Source: Myxococcota bacterium
Lineage (GTDB): Bacteria; Myxococcota_A; SURF-8
Assembly: GCA_963674735.2 (NCBI GenBank)
Contig: CAXXQS010000002.1
Location: 1,664,001 to 1,728,000 of the forward strand
Length of the DNA stretch: 64,000 nucleotides
Direction: 5' to 3'
The notes under the pieces were generated by a model. It ran no database searches, was not told the origin of the DNA, and saw only the letters and a list, made by a program, of their open reading frames with translations. This document shows positions 10,854-21,617 of this stretch, piece by piece. Both the position numbers and the translations under genes were made by a program. The stretch's first letter is position 1; every line of letters begins with the position of its first letter.

Positions 10854-11111
10854 ATGATCGTCAGAGAAATTCGTATGGGCGGCAAGCTGAGAAAGTTCGA
10901 GTGCTTCCCCGTCGTCGAAAAGTGTGAAGGCTGCAGCAATATCGCCGAAGTCGAGGGCGCGAATTACTGTAACGTGTATGCCAAGCCGGATGCCATGTGG
11001 ACGACGGATGACTGCCTCGGCGCCACGCATGTCGATCGCAAAATCGTCAGCGTCACCGATAAAAAGGTCAATCCGCTCAAGGCGTCGAAGAAGGCCAGCC
11101 GCAACCGCTAA
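10854..11111 (+). CDS. PxxKW family small cysteine-rich protein
   Basis: C.PVVEKCEGC...YC..Y..P...W....C..ATH and KVNPLKASK pattern; RBS GAGGAG. Confidence 0.75.
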   Translation: MIVREIRMGGKLRKFECFPVVEKCEGCSNIAEVEGANYCNVYAKPDAMWTTDDCLGATHVDRKIVSVTDKKVNPLKASKKASRNR

Positions 11112-11220
11112 CGACTCGTTTTCGCAAGTCGTTTTGCGCCTACCGGACATTCATGTCTTCCCTGCCGCAAAGCCGTATTCGCAAGAGTTACGGTTAGGTG
11201 GTGGGGTTTGTCTTTTTTCG

Positions 11221-11850
11221 TCAGCGTACACCGATCAGTTTGTGCAGTTGCAGTGAAAGCCGCCAGCGGGGGTGACGCAGGCAATAGTCCAGCGCCTGTC
11301 GGATGTGGACGGAACCGTCGGGAATATCGACCGGCTGCAGGAAGAAGTAGCGGAAATCAAGGTTCTCGAAATCTGCCGGGTCAAGCCCGATTGGATAGAG
11401 CAACTTCAGCTCGTCTCCTTGGATAATCGTCAATGATTGTCCGGGCTTGGGGCTGACCGTCACCCAGTCGAGTTCTTCCGGAAGAGCGCGCGTACCGTTG
11501 GTTTCGACCGCCAGCGTGAAACCGGCGGTTTTACAGGCGGTTAGAAGCGGCGCGTCCAGTTGCAACGACGGTTCCCCGCCGGTGAAGACCAGGTAGGGGG
11601 CTTCCTCCGATTTCGGCCAGCATGAAATGAGATGATCGGCCAGGGATGCTGCGGTGTCGAATACCCCCCCGCCTTTGCCGTCGGTCCCGACAAAATCCGT
11701 GTCGCAGAACGGGCAGGCGCTGCCGGGCTTGTCGGCTGCTTTGCCGCTCCACAGGTTACAACCCGAAAAACGGCAGAAGACCGCCGGTCGTCCGGCTTGC
11801 AGGCCTTCACCTTGAATCGAATAGAATGCTTCTTTGACGCGATAGGCCAT
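11221..11850 (-). CDS. queE: 7-carboxy-7-deazaguanine synthase (radical SAM, Cx14Cx2C variant)
   Basis: YSIQGEG..AGRPAVFCRFSGCNLWSG...CPFCDTDF, TGGEP, ETNG, SPK, LSLQLHK; adjacent to queC. Confidence 0.93.
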   Translation of the reverse strand: MAYRVKEAFYSIQGEGLQAGRPAVFCRFSGCNLWSGKAADKPGSACPFCDTDFVGTDGKGGGVFDTAASLADHLISCWPKSEEAPYLVFTGGEPSLQLDAPLLTACKTAGFTLAVETNGTRALPEELDWVTVSPKPGQSLTIIQGDELKLLYPIGLDPADFENLDFRYFFLQPVDIPDGSVHIRQALDYCLRHPRWRLSLQLHKLIGVR

Positions 11851-12558
11851 TCAGCCCTCCGCGTAACGTGTAGGATCGGGGACTTGCGCCTCAGCGAAAC
11901 CTCGTTTTCGCAAAATACAGCTATCGCAGTGGCCGCAGGCCAAGCCTTCCGGGCTTGGGTCGTAGCAGCTATGGGTGAGACCGTAATCGATACCGAGCTT
12001 GACGCCTTCGCGGATGATCTGGGCTTTCGTGAGGTTCAACAGCGGGCTATGGACGGTGAATGTCCCACTGCCTTCCACCCCGGCGCGCGTGGCCAGATTC
12101 GCGGTTCGCTCGAAGGCGCGGATAAATTCCGGGCGGCAATCGGGATAGCCGGAGTAGTCGATAGCGTTGACGCCGATGAAAATATCGAAGGCTCCCAGCA
12201 CTTCGGCCCAACCGAGTGCGAACGACAGGAAAATCGTGTTGCGTGCCGGGACGTAGGTAATTGGAATGTCAGCCGAATGATCCACGTCCTGGTCTTTCGG
12301 GACGGCCAGATCGGCGGTCAGGGCCGAGCCGCCGAAGCGGCGCAAATCGAAGCGGATGGTGGCGACGTCTTCCGCACCGTAAACATCAGCGATACGCCGG
12401 GCGGCCTGCAATTCCACTGCGTGACGCTGGCCATAGTCGAAGGTCAAGGCATAGCAGGTGAAGCCTTGTTGGCGTGCGATGGCCAGGCAAGTGGCGGAAT
12501 CGAGTCCTCCGGACAGTAAAACGACGGCTTTTTTCGACGATGTTTGGCTCATGCTCAT
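11851..12558 (-). CDS. queC: 7-cyano-7-deazaguanine synthase
   Basis: [32 protein letters not shown] and SCY...CG.CDSC. Confidence 0.95.
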   Translation of the reverse strand: MSMSQTSSKKAVVLLSGGLDSATCLAIARQQGFTCYALTFDYGQRHAVELQAARRIADVYGAEDVATIRFDLRRFGGSALTADLAVPKDQDVDHSADIPITYVPARNTIFLSFALGWAEVLGAFDIFIGVNAIDYSGYPDCRPEFIRAFERTANLATRAGVEGSGTFTVHSPLLNLTKAQIIREGVKLGIDYGLTHSCYDPSPEGLACGHCDSCILRKRGFAEAQVPDPTRYAEG

Positions 12559-12714
12559 CTCCCAATCCTGTTCCCTTTCTTCTACCCCTCCCTGCCGGGA
12601 AGATCAAGTGAATCGAGTGTTTGAAAGAATGCTTAACAATCTCCTCTCTTTACATCGCTCTTTGCCTGGGTGATAATGCGGTCAATCCGACAGCCGAGCA
12701 AAGGAGAAACCGAC

Positions 12715-14862
12715 ATGTCCGCGTTTTTCAGCCGTTTTGCCGCATTCAGTGTTCTCGTTGTTTTTCTCTTGGCTCCGTCCGTTGTTTTCGCTTGGGGGGC
12801 GGGGATGCATACCGCTTTGACCGGGCATGCTTACGATCGTATGACCGCCCGCTGGAAGTCGGCGATGGACCCGGCGCTCATGTACTACGGTTCCTGGGGA
12901 CCGGACGCCTGGTATATTCTCTCGGATGATTTCATGAGTCTTCTGTGCCCGGTGTCCTGCGGCGGAGCCAACGGTGCGCTGTCGAATGAGGGTTGGGGCC
13001 ATTATACCGATCCCGACCGCTACTACAACATGACGCGCCATCTGATGGTCCATGCCGACAGCCTCCCGGCTTTGTCCTGGGCTTTTGGATACGGTGCGCA
13101 TACGGTGGAAGATTGGCGCGGGCATATCGAATACATTATTTTATCAAATCCTTCCGGCAGCTTATACAATCGGCATACTTTCATCGACAGCACCGGGGCG
13201 GCCCTGGCTTTCAACGTGGAGGGACTTTACGGCTATCCCACCGACTTCACCCTCAATCGGCTGGCCTTCGGTTACGCTGAAGGAGGTTTTGTCACCGATA
13301 GCAATGCCGAACAGACCGGTGGGCGCATTCCGGGCTTGGGGCTGAGTGTCGCCGTCGAGGAAGTGGCCGGTCAGCTCAAGGCACGCTGGAAGGGCATTTT
13401 GGATCCCGAGGTGTCGGGCCTGGAACCGGCGGCCGTCAGCGCCATGTCGGATCTCACGGCTTATTCCAGTGCTTCGGAAGGCATTCTGGCCGCCCAATAC
13501 GGCGTGAGCGACTGGGATTCCGCCGGGCGGGATTTTCCCATTTACATCGAAGACGGCGAACCGGCTATCGTGTGCGCGAACGATTACAAGCAGCGCCTCG
13601 CCTGCGAGGAAGGCTTCGGCTATCCCATGGCCTGCCAAATCAGTTATGGCGGCATCAGCGGGCTGGTTCAATGGCACGATTACCTCAAACCTGCCGACGA
13701 AACATCCCAGGAAGTGGTGGTGGATCGCGATCAGGTGGCGCGCTGGATGGAGAAAATCGCCGAGAATCAGGAATCGGGCGGGGTGCGCATGGATGATGCC
13801 GCGGTTTTCGATGTCGATCCCGATACGGGCCTCTCACGGCGGCATTTCACGGGTATCGATGGCCGCGATTTCAGCTTTGGCCGCACGGTGCCGGAAATCG
13901 TATATGAAGTTCTGGATTTATCGGTTCAGGACGTGGTGGAGCGCCTGTTCGAGAATCCGCATATCGTTGGGACCATCTGGCAGTCGCGCTTGAATCCCTT
14001 CGACAAGGCGCGCTTTGTGGCTTTCGGGTTTCACGCGCGTCCGCGTCTGTCGGCCTGGCCGGATACTTTGTCTTACGAAGACGAAACCATCGCCCTCAAG
14101 CCCGCCGCACCGGGGCCTTTCGCGCTGGCCGAGTTGTCCATCGATCTGCGGCCGGAGGTCGACAATGCGGCACCGGAGATGGTCTTCCCGCATTATCTGG
14201 TTGAAATCAGGCCGGAATTGGATGGCTTTTTCGGAACGGGTCGTGTCGATTTCGAAGCCGGTTATGTTGATGAAGCCGGGTTGCTTGACGTCCTCCAGCA
14301 GGCGTCCTTCGATCTCGCCACGGCGAGTGTCGGCGGTGATGAGGATTTCGCCGTGCAGGCGACGGACGCGGAGGAACGTTCGGTGTTGCGCTTATGGCTC
14401 GACAATCGCGAGGGGGGCTGGCATTTTTACCCGGAAGGTCATTCCGAACGCGCCCTGATGCTTCGCATCTCACTGGCCGTCACTGACGCCGTGCAACCGC
14501 CTTTTGACCTGATTCTCGATACAACCGTTCAGGGTTATTGCGAAAAGCCGGATCTGGCCGATCCCGGCGATGCCTCCACCTCGAATGCCGCCTGCCCGCT
14601 CGTCAAACCGGATTTCCCCGAAGAGCCGGAGATGGAGGGCGATGGCGATGAAGAATCGAGCGAGTTGAATGAGGATGGCGATACCGAAGCGGAATCCGGT
14701 GATGAGGATCAGTCCGCTTCCGATGGCGATGCGTCGGAGTCACCTTTGGTGTCGGACGACGCGGGCGGGGGTGGTTGTCAAGCGGCCACTCCGTCCGCGC
14801 TGGGAATGCTCCTGCTCGTCTTGAGCGGGGCTTGGTTGCGTCGTCGTCGCCTAGTCTTCTGA
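12715..14862 (+). CDS. Secreted Zn-dependent phospholipase C / P1-nuclease-like protein with C-terminal MYXO-CTERM-like sorting signal
   Basis: Signal peptide ending VFA|WG..MH; metal-ligand pattern [25 protein letters not shown]; acidic linker; tail GGGGC...TM...RRRR. RBS AAGGAG before ATG 12715. Confidence 0.65.
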   Translation: MSAFFSRFAAFSVLVVFLLAPSVVFAWGAGMHTALTGHAYDRMTARWKSAMDPALMYYGSWGPDAWYILSDDFMSLLCPVSCGGANGALSNEGWGHYTDPDRYYNMTRHLMVHADSLPALSWAFGYGAHTVEDWRGHIEYIILSNPSGSLYNRHTFIDSTGAALAFNVEGLYGYPTDFTLNRLAFGYAEGGFVTDSNAEQTGGRIPGLGLSVAVEEVAGQLKARWKGILDPEVSGLEPAAVSAMSDLTAYSSASEGILAAQYGVSDWDSAGRDFPIYIEDGEPAIVCANDYKQRLACEEGFGYPMACQISYGGISGLVQWHDYLKPADETSQEVVVDRDQVARWMEKIAENQESGGVRMDDAAVFDVDPDTGLSRRHFTGIDGRDFSFGRTVPEIVYEVLDLSVQDVVERLFENPHIVGTIWQSRLNPFDKARFVAFGFHARPRLSAWPDTLSYEDETIALKPAAPGPFALAELSIDLRPEVDNAAPEMVFPHYLVEIRPELDGFFGTGRVDFEAGYVDEAGLLDVLQQASFDLATASVGGDEDFAVQATDAEERSVLRLWLDNREGGWHFYPEGHSERALMLRISLAVTDAVQPPFDLILDTTVQGYCEKPDLADPGDASTSNAACPLVKPDFPEEPEMEGDGDEESSELNEDGDTEAESGDEDQSASDGDASESPLVSDDAGGGGCQAATPSALGMLLLVLSGAWLRRRRLVF

Positions 14863-15624
14863 GGCTGTCGTCTTGGTTTGTGCCTGATAAATCGGCAGGT
14901 TGAGGATTCCCCACTTCTGCCCTAAAAACTGAAGCAGCGTGCGCAGTGTTTCCAACCCATAGGTCGTCGAACGCAAAAAATTGATTTGCGAAGCTTCCGG
15001 CATGTAGCGACAAGGGACCGGGACGTCGCCCACATTGAAGCCGAAATACGCGGCTTGGGTGAGAAACTGCGAATCGAAAACGAAGTCTTCGGAGTTTTGC
15101 ATGAAGGGGATGGTTTCGAGCACCTGCCGTGAGTAAGCGCGAAAGCCGGTGTGACATTCCCCCAAGTTCAGGTCCAGCACGATATTTTCGAGGATGCTGA
15201 GGGCGCGGTTCGAGATGTATTTGTAAAGCGGCATGCCGGATTCGAGCGTATAGCGCCGATTGCGTACCCGGTTGCCGAAAACCACGTCGCAGATGCCCTG
15301 CTCGATGAAGCCGGTCATGTAAGGAATCAGGCGCGGGTCGTACTGGTAATCCGGGTGGACCATGACCACAATGTCGGCGCCATGCTCCAGGGCCAGGGTA
15401 TAGCAGGTTTTCTGGTTGCCGCCGTAACCGCGGTTTTCGGAATGCTCCACCACCGTCAATCCGAGTCGTTTGGCGACCTCGACCGTATTGTCCTTCGATG
15501 CGTCGTCGACCAGAATGATTTCATCTACGCTGTTCTCGGGGATATCGGCAACCGTTTTTTCCACGGTTTGTGCGGCATTGTAGGCCGGCATGACCACAAT
15601 CACTTTGCTTTTTCGCTCGCTCAT
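14851..15624 (-). CDS. GT2 polyprenyl-phosphate glycosyltransferase (DPM-like)
   Basis: [32 protein letters not shown] and HTGFRAYSR. Confidence 0.9.
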   Translation of the reverse strand: MSERKSKVIVVMPAYNAAQTVEKTVADIPENSVDEIILVDDASKDNTVEVAKRLGLTVVEHSENRGYGGNQKTCYTLALEHGADIVVMVHPDYQYDPRLIPYMTGFIEQGICDVVFGNRVRNRRYTLESGMPLYKYISNRALSILENIVLDLNLGECHTGFRAYSRQVLETIPFMQNSEDFVFDSQFLTQAAYFGFNVGDVPVPCRYMPEASQINFLRSTTYGLETLRTLLQFLGQKWGILNLPIYQAQTKTTASED

Positions 15625-17378
15625 GGTGCTCCTTCGTCTCCTTTTTCACGGGGTGTCGGGAACCGGTTTTGCCAAAGGTAAACGCCTTGGCTTGTCTTGT
15701 CAAATCGCGTGGGTTCCCGATAACGATGCAAATGGGGTTCGGGACGCGTGGTGTCCCACCCATAGACGGGCAAGGCCGCCACCCGCTCGAAACGGCTTTC
15801 CAGCACACGCGTCAGGCCCGGCACGGGGGAGCCGTATTGCAGAATCCATTGTGCATCGGCAGGCGGCTGCCAAATCCACCTGGGCAGTTTGTCGGCGACC
15901 ACTTGGCCGATGGTGGAACTCTTCGGGGCGATGATGGAGGAAAAGAGAGTGCGGTCGCCCAGGTACACGATCAGAGCCAGGGCCTCCGATTCCGGATAAA
16001 CGTAAAGGGTGTCGTCGGCTGGAACCGTTTTCTGCAGCAGATCAAACGCCGCCTCGGTCATGGTGCTGCGCGGTGTGCTGATTTCTTCTATATATCCGGG
16101 CAGCGGGAAACTGATGTAACGGGCCAGGGCCTCGTTTCCACCGCTCAACTTGGCGTAAAACGGCAGCAGGCCGAGTAGATTGGTGCCGATGAACAACAGC
16201 GCCGTACCCATGGCCGCCAGGCGGTTGAATTGCCACAGACGCATGAAGACGAGCGCGCTCAGCAGCGCGAGCATGGGAAGCAGCGGCACCTGATAGCGGA
16301 AATCGGAGAAAGCCGTGCTTTGGATGAATTGAGGGGAGAAGGTGGCCAAGGCCAGGCTGAAAACAAAAGAGAAAACGAGCAGTTGACGTACCCCCGACTC
16401 GTCGCTGTTCCGATTGCGCCAGGCCCAATAGAGGGACGGCGCGGCAAAAAGGAAGGGGAACAGGCTAAAGGCGTTGAAATCACGCCAGATCAGCCACAGG
16501 AGCCGCAGACGGTCGCCTAAAGAGTTGCCGTAGCCCTCGGCCAGTTCACGTCCCACCGCATAGCCGGGAGAAGCGAAGCGGATGATTTCCGCTACCGAGA
16601 CGTCCCAGGGGCGGCTGTAGATGATCCAAGGGAGGGCAAGCAGTCCGGCGAAGGCGGTGGCCCAACAAAAGGGCTTCAGGCGGCTTCGGTGTTGCGGTAA
16701 GAGCAATAAGGCGGTCAGCCCGGCCCCGGTGGCGAGGCACCCGAGGGTGTGCGTGTAGAACAGCAGCGTCATGACCAGCGAAAACCCGAATATCGAGCGC
16801 CATTTACCCGATTGCAGATAGGTAAACAACCCCACCGCCAGCAGTGTCAGCAACACAGCCAGGGCGTAATAGCGGCATTGCCGAATGTAAAGCAGATACG
16901 TGGGTGTCAGCGTCAGCAGCGCCAGGGCGGCGAGCCCCGGCCGGGCGCGTCCGTACAGACGCCCCGATAGCCACGGCAAGAGCGCCAGTGCGGCCAGTCC
17001 GCAAAGCACCATCGGTAGACGTCCCGCCCAGGTGGTGACGCCGAAGAGGGCGAACGAGGCGGCGATCAGGTAATGCTGGGCCCAGGTTTCCTTCACATTG
17101 ACGAAGGTTTCGTTCAGGTGCAGACCGTTGCGGTAGGCGGCCAGATTGCGGCCGTCGAAACCGGTGGGGTAGCCGAAGTCGAGGATATTTTTGGCGAAAA
17201 CCGCCGCATGCGCTTCGTCCTCCCAGAAGGGCGTCTCATCCAAGCCGACGAAAGCCAGAACGGTTGCCATGAGCAGCAGCGCCAGCCACAGCACGCGTTC
17301 CCGCCCGGATGAAACCGGCGAAGCGGCGGGTGACGAGGAGCTTTGGGGATCGCTGGGCATGGCTGTGTTTCTCGGCAT
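15621..17378 (-). CDS. GT-C fold membrane glycosyltransferase (ArnT/PMT_2-like)
   Basis: FWEDEA motif after the first [15 protein letters not shown] and many TM helices; overlaps the GT2 gene. Confidence 0.8.
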   Translation of the reverse strand: MPRNTAMPSDPQSSSSPAASPVSSGRERVLWLALLLMATVLAFVGLDETPFWEDEAHAAVFAKNILDFGYPTGFDGRNLAAYRNGLHLNETFVNVKETWAQHYLIAASFALFGVTTWAGRLPMVLCGLAALALLPWLSGRLYGRARPGLAALALLTLTPTYLLYIRQCRYYALAVLLTLLAVGLFTYLQSGKWRSIFGFSLVMTLLFYTHTLGCLATGAGLTALLLLPQHRSRLKPFCWATAFAGLLALPWIIYSRPWDVSVAEIIRFASPGYAVGRELAEGYGNSLGDRLRLLWLIWRDFNAFSLFPFLFAAPSLYWAWRNRNSDESGVRQLLVFSFVFSLALATFSPQFIQSTAFSDFRYQVPLLPMLALLSALVFMRLWQFNRLAAMGTALLFIGTNLLGLLPFYAKLSGGNEALARYISFPLPGYIEEISTPRSTMTEAAFDLLQKTVPADDTLYVYPESEALALIVYLGDRTLFSSIIAPKSSTIGQVVADKLPRWIWQPPADAQWILQYGSPVPGLTRVLESRFERVAALPVYGWDTTRPEPHLHRYREPTRFDKTSQGVYLWQNRFPTPREKGDEGAP

Positions 17379-17522
17379 TTCATGTGTGGTAATCGGCGGT
17401 TAGTCGCGTCCAGCGACATTAGCGCGAGCCGGGCGGCGCGGTCAAGGGAATTTCGGAATGCGCCCTGGCGTATCCCGGTTTCCATGGGGTGCATCACAAG
17501 ATATTGCAAATCGCTTGATTTC

Positions 17523-17611
17523 GGGGTGGCACGGGCCAAGCCGCAGGCTTGCCCGTGTTCGAGAGCTGCATGGGCAAGCTTCGTTGCACTTCGCTTCGCC
17601 CATGGCACCCC
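17523..17611. repeat. REP/REPIN-like double palindrome
   Basis: Imperfect terminal inverted repeats GGGGTGGCACGGG / CCCATGGCACCCC enclose two related hairpins: CACGGGC.AAGCC-GCA-GGCTTGCCCGTG and CATGGGCAAGC...GCTT.GCCCATG. Confidence 0.6.
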
Positions 17612-17769
17612 TTAATAAACCAATCGCAGTTTTCTGGTATGCATTCGTTTCCCTGCACAACAAGCCGATTTTTTTGCCATTCCGATAGTCGATTAGTATA
17701 ACTGGATTACAGCACAGATAGATCAATCTATCAGATACGTACAGAACTGCTTGAGGATGTAGGAAAGCG

Positions 17770-18741
17770 ATGCAAAGAAAACGTCAGTGGTTGTTGATTT
17801 TTTTATCGAGCCTGCTGATTTCCTGTGGCGGAGATGATGACGCAAGTGACAGCGGTGTCTTTAGCCGTGAAGGCGAGAGCTGTACGAAGACGGCGGACTG
17901 CGAAAGCGGTCTGCGCTGTGTGGATTTGGAGTGTGTGCAGGATAATGAAACTTCGGACGGCGACGAAACCGACGGGGATACGTCCGAGGGCGACTTTGCC
18001 GACGGCGACTCGACAGAGCGCGATCTCTCCTGGTTATCGATTCCGGGCGGAAGTTTTGAAATGGGCTGCTCGATAGACGACAATCGTTGCAATTCCAGCG
18101 AAAATCCGCGTCATCGCGTGACCGTCCCCGGCTTCAAGATGACGAAGTATGAGGTAACGAACGCGCAGTACGTGGAGTTTATAAACAACCGTGGGAGCAA
18201 TGAATGCTCGACTTTTCCCTGCATGAGCCTGCACCCTTATCGTTGGCATGAATCGGGCGGTTTGTGGAGGGTGATTCGTGGCCACGAGAACCATCCGGTT
18301 GTGCAAGTGACCTGGTATGGGGCGAAGGCGTTTTGCCAGGCGGCGGGCGGCCGCTTGCCCAGCGAAGCGGAATGGGAGTATGCGGCACGCGCCGGAACGA
18401 CGACGAGATACTATTGCGGCGATGAATCAATCTGCCTGCCTGATGTTGCGCGTTGGAATACGGGGAGCACCTGCCCGGTAGGCCAGTACGATCCAAACGA
18501 TTTCGGGTTGTACGACATGCTGGGCGGCGTGTGGGAGTGGGTGGAGGATTGCTGGCACGATGATTACGATGGTGCTCCCACGGACGGCACTGTTTGGGAC
18601 AGACAATTTTACACGACTCGTGTGTTGCGCGGCGGTTCCTACTGGTCCTATTCTTCCCGGAGCCTGGGCGCGTCGAGCCGCTCCAGGCTATTTCCCTACG
18701 AATTGGACACTGACATCGGCTTCCGCTGCGCCCGGGACTGA
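17770..18741 (+). CDS. Formylglycine-generating-enzyme (SUMF1/FGE-sulfatase) domain lipoprotein
   Basis: Lipobox LISC, short Cys module, DGD linker; F.MG, YEVTNAQY, HPVVQVTW..A.AFC, RLPSEAEWEYAARAG, GLYDMLG.VWEW, RGGS, IGFRC. Confidence 0.9.
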   Translation: MQRKRQWLLIFLSSLLISCGGDDDASDSGVFSREGESCTKTADCESGLRCVDLECVQDNETSDGDETDGDTSEGDFADGDSTERDLSWLSIPGGSFEMGCSIDDNRCNSSENPRHRVTVPGFKMTKYEVTNAQYVEFINNRGSNECSTFPCMSLHPYRWHESGGLWRVIRGHENHPVVQVTWYGAKAFCQAAGGRLPSEAEWEYAARAGTTTRYYCGDESICLPDVARWNTGSTCPVGQYDPNDFGLYDMLGGVWEWVEDCWHDDYDGAPTDGTVWDRQFYTTRVLRGGSYWSYSSRSLGASSRSRLFPYELDTDIGFRCARD

Positions 18742-18771
18742 GTCACTTTTATTCATTCTGCGCGATCACAC

Positions 18772-18841
18772 ATCATTTCCGCGAAAGCGGGAATCCATTG
18801 CAATATCAGAAGCCTGGACCCCCGCGTGCGCGGGGGTGACG
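18772..18841. repeat. REP-type inverted pair (GTCA..CCCGCG..AGCGGG class)
   Basis: ATCATTTCCGCGAAAGCGGGAATCCA ... TGGACCCCCGCGTGCGCGGGGGTGAC: two inverted palindromic units, intergenic, just after a stop codon. Confidence 0.7.
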
Positions 18842-19024
18842 ATTTCCTTTCTCGTGTAAACAGAGTAATACTCAGCACAAAATGACCCTTGAGCGCGTTT
18901 GCCATTGTGATTGCTGCTAGAAATCTCCCCTCGCAATCCGCTTGCCCACGCTGCACGCTTGCGTTACCATGGAGTCGGATGGAGTGATTCATCCGGTAAC
19001 CGAACAACGCGAAGAGGGATAAGC

Positions 19025-20029
19025 ATGTCGGATCGTATCCTGGTGCTCGGTGGCAGCGGTTTGATCGGGTCGCATATCGTCAAGGCTTTGGTGGCGCGCG
19101 ATTGGCCGGTGCGGGTGTTGTTGCGCGACAACAGCCCAACGTTGAACCTCGACGGCCTGCCGGTCGAGCGCGTCAAGGGCGACCTGCGCGACCATCCGTC
19201 GCTTTTGGCCGCGATGAGCGACTGCCGGGCCGTGTTTCATGCGGCGGGCTATTATCCGCTGTATTCGAAACCGGAGGAGGATGAGCGCCAGGCCATGCGG
19301 GAGATCCACAATGTGCTGGAAGCGGCGGCCGCCTCGGGGATCGGTCGCCTGGTCTACACCAGCAGCCCCGCTACCATCGGGAGTTATGGCAAAGACGGCC
19401 CCATGGCCAACGAAGATGCGCCGTATCATCTGGAAAACGAACGGTCCTCCTATTTTCGCGTGAAATACCGGATGGAGCAGGAAGTCCTGAACTGGAGTCC
19501 GCGCGGACTCGACGTGGTTCTACTGAACCCGGCTTTCGTGTTCGGGCCGGGAGACGTCAAACCGAGCTCCGGTCAATTGCTGCTCGATCTGGCCAACCGG
19601 CGCATACCGGCGTTTTTGGATGGTCCGCTCAATGTCGTGGATGTGCGGGATGTGGCTGAGAGCCATATTGCGGCTTTCGAGCGGGGAAAACGGGCGGAAC
19701 GCTACATTCTCGGCGGCACCAACACCCGCATGTCGGAGGTGATCGCCTTGGCTGCGACCATTGCCGATGTTCGGCCTCCCACGATTAAATTGCCCCTCTG
19801 GGCGGCGGAACTGGCGGCGGATTTTTCGGAAATGTGGAGCCAGTCCGTGCGCAAATCTCCCAAACCGGGAATTCCGCGTGTCGGGGTGGATATGCTGAAA
19901 CATGCGCAGCATCTCGACGATTCGCGGGCGCGGCAACGGTTGGGACATGCCGCCCGGCCCTTGGAGGAAACGTTGCGCGATACCTATGCCTGGTTTGCGC
20001 AGAACGACTACTGGACGCGCAAAGCCTAG
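19025..20029 (+). CDS. NAD-dependent epimerase/dehydratase (HpnA / dihydroflavonol reductase-like)
   Basis: GGSGLIG, VFHAAG, VYTSS, YxxxK, NPAFVFGPGD.KP and VVDVRDVA. Confidence 0.88.
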   Translation: MSDRILVLGGSGLIGSHIVKALVARDWPVRVLLRDNSPTLNLDGLPVERVKGDLRDHPSLLAAMSDCRAVFHAAGYYPLYSKPEEDERQAMREIHNVLEAAAASGIGRLVYTSSPATIGSYGKDGPMANEDAPYHLENERSSYFRVKYRMEQEVLNWSPRGLDVVLLNPAFVFGPGDVKPSSGQLLLDLANRRIPAFLDGPLNVVDVRDVAESHIAAFERGKRAERYILGGTNTRMSEVIALAATIADVRPPTIKLPLWAAELAADFSEMWSQSVRKSPKPGIPRVGVDMLKHAQHLDDSRARQRLGHAARPLEETLRDTYAWFAQNDYWTRKA

Positions 20030-20042
20030 CGAAATCAGTCGA

Positions 20043-20570
20043 TTAGTCGCCTTCGAACTCGACCAGATGGAAGGTCGAGATTCCGGCTTCCGAAAGTTTT
20101 TTGGTGCCTCCGATGTCGGGCAGATTGATCACGAAGCCCGCTTCAACCACTTCGGCTCCCATTTTACGACAGAGATTGGATACGGCCAGAGCCGTGCCGC
20201 CGGTGGCCAGCAGATCGTCGATCACCACCACTTTATCGCCGGAATCGAGTGCGTCGACGTGGATTTCGACGGCGTCCGTCCCATACTCCAGGGCGTATTC
20301 CTCACGCATCGTTTTCACCGGTAATTTTCCCGGTTTACGTGCGATTACGAGTCCTTTTCCGAGATCTTTGGCCAACACGGAACCGAAGATGAATCCGCGT
20401 GACTCGATGGCGACGAATTTGTCGAAGTCCAGGCCGCGATAATGCGTGAGAAGCGCGTCACACGTTTGTGCGAAACCTTCCGGATTGAGCATCAAGGTGC
20501 TGATATCGCGGAACATAATGCCCTCTTTCGGCCAATCGGGGACCGTGCGGATGTAGGACTTCAGAGTCAT
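20043..20570 (-). CDS. apt: Adenine phosphoribosyltransferase
   Basis: IRTVPDWPKEGIMFRDI, IESRGF, RKPGKLP, YALEYG and VIDDLLATGGT. Confidence 0.96.
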   Translation of the reverse strand: MTLKSYIRTVPDWPKEGIMFRDISTLMLNPEGFAQTCDALLTHYRGLDFDKFVAIESRGFIFGSVLAKDLGKGLVIARKPGKLPVKTMREEYALEYGTDAVEIHVDALDSGDKVVVIDDLLATGGTALAVSNLCRKMGAEVVEAGFVINLPDIGGTKKLSEAGISTFHLVEFEGD

Positions 20571-20633
20571 GGATGGAATCCTTTCGCTGAATGACGCTCT
20601 TTATTTGGGTTGTAACGCTATGTTTTTAAACAA

Positions 20634-21200
20634 CTAAATGATCATTTTCTGCATCTTTTTAAAGGCTTCGGTGCCTGCACGCTCCAGGAGTTGAAAAAGG
20701 GCGGCTTCGGTGGTGGTCACCACCGCACCGGCACGCTCCATCAAGGCCAGACCGGCGGCCTGATTGTGGGGGAGACGCGTGGCGGTGGCATCGGCGACGA
20801 CGTGGACATCGTAGCCGAGCTTCAGAAGCCCGAGGGCGGTCTGATACACGCAGATGTGTGCTTCCATCCCCGTAAGCAGGATTTGTTTACGTCCCTTGCG
20901 GTCCAGCTGGCGAACCACTTCTTCTTCTTCCGTGGCGGCAAAATCGATTTTAGCAACGGTTAATGCGTCTGTAATCGACTGTTTTATATCGGGAATCGTG
21001 GGTCCGATCCCCTTCGGGTATTGCTCGGTGACGAGAATGGGGATTTTGAGTTCGTTTGCCGCGGCGGTCAGGATCGGGACATTTTTGAGTAAATTTGTCT
21101 GTCCTTCTTCCGTCATAACCTTAAAGAGACGCTCTTGAATATCCACCACCATCAGGTGGGTGCTTGCCGTGCCAAGAAACTGCGGGTGTTGATGATTCAT
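20634..21200 (-). CDS. Isochorismatase family hydrolase
   Basis: VVDIQERL, TEQYPKGIGPT and GMEAHICVYQTA. Confidence 0.9.
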   Translation of the reverse strand: MNHQHPQFLGTASTHLMVVDIQERLFKVMTEEGQTNLLKNVPILTAAANELKIPILVTEQYPKGIGPTIPDIKQSITDALTVAKIDFAATEEEEVVRQLDRKGRKQILLTGMEAHICVYQTALGLLKLGYDVHVVADATATRLPHNQAAGLALMERAGAVVTTTEAALFQLLERAGTEAFKKMQKMII

Positions 21201-21544
21201 TATTTTTCTCCAAGTCAAAGGATGAATTTAATTAGCATGTCCCGGCACTATCGTCAATGGAAACGAGATGGGTAACAACCCGGTACGGTGTTTCATTCAC
21301 GAATCCAGAAAAAATGAGCTAAACTTGTGATTGCAGCAACCGTTATTAAAAGGGAAGACCTGTTTTACTGCTACGGCTTAAGGTTTGAGGTGGTCCCATC
21401 CACAGCAGCCGGCCATGTGGGGAATGCATGAACGATAGCCATCGCACAACGCAATCGATCGGAAGTGATGACAAACTTTGGGCGGTTGTGGCACATTTAC
21501 GGCGATCTTTATGTTTTTCTCATCGCAATCGCCACTGAAAGGCA

Positions 21545-21574
21545 TTGACACAAGGTGGGGAGGCTGGGTAGGAT
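21545..21574 (+). promoter_or_regulatory. Putative sigma70 promoter of the PqqD / giant-protein unit
   Basis: TTGACA-18 nt-TAGGAT upstream of ATG 21618. Confidence 0.4.
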
Positions 21575-21617
21575 TAAGTCTCACGCAGGGAGAAAGGGAA
21601 GGGAAACGGAAACAAGC

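Noticed and set aside
11221-12558. Dpd-type 7-deazaguanine DNA-modification defence island
   Set aside because: No dpdA/tgt-like or other dpd genes are nearby, so housekeeping queuosine synthesis is the simpler reading.
17523-17611. tRNA, riboswitch or CRISPR repeat
   Set aside because: There is no cloverleaf, no recognisable aptamer and no repeat-spacer periodicity; it is better explained as REP-like.
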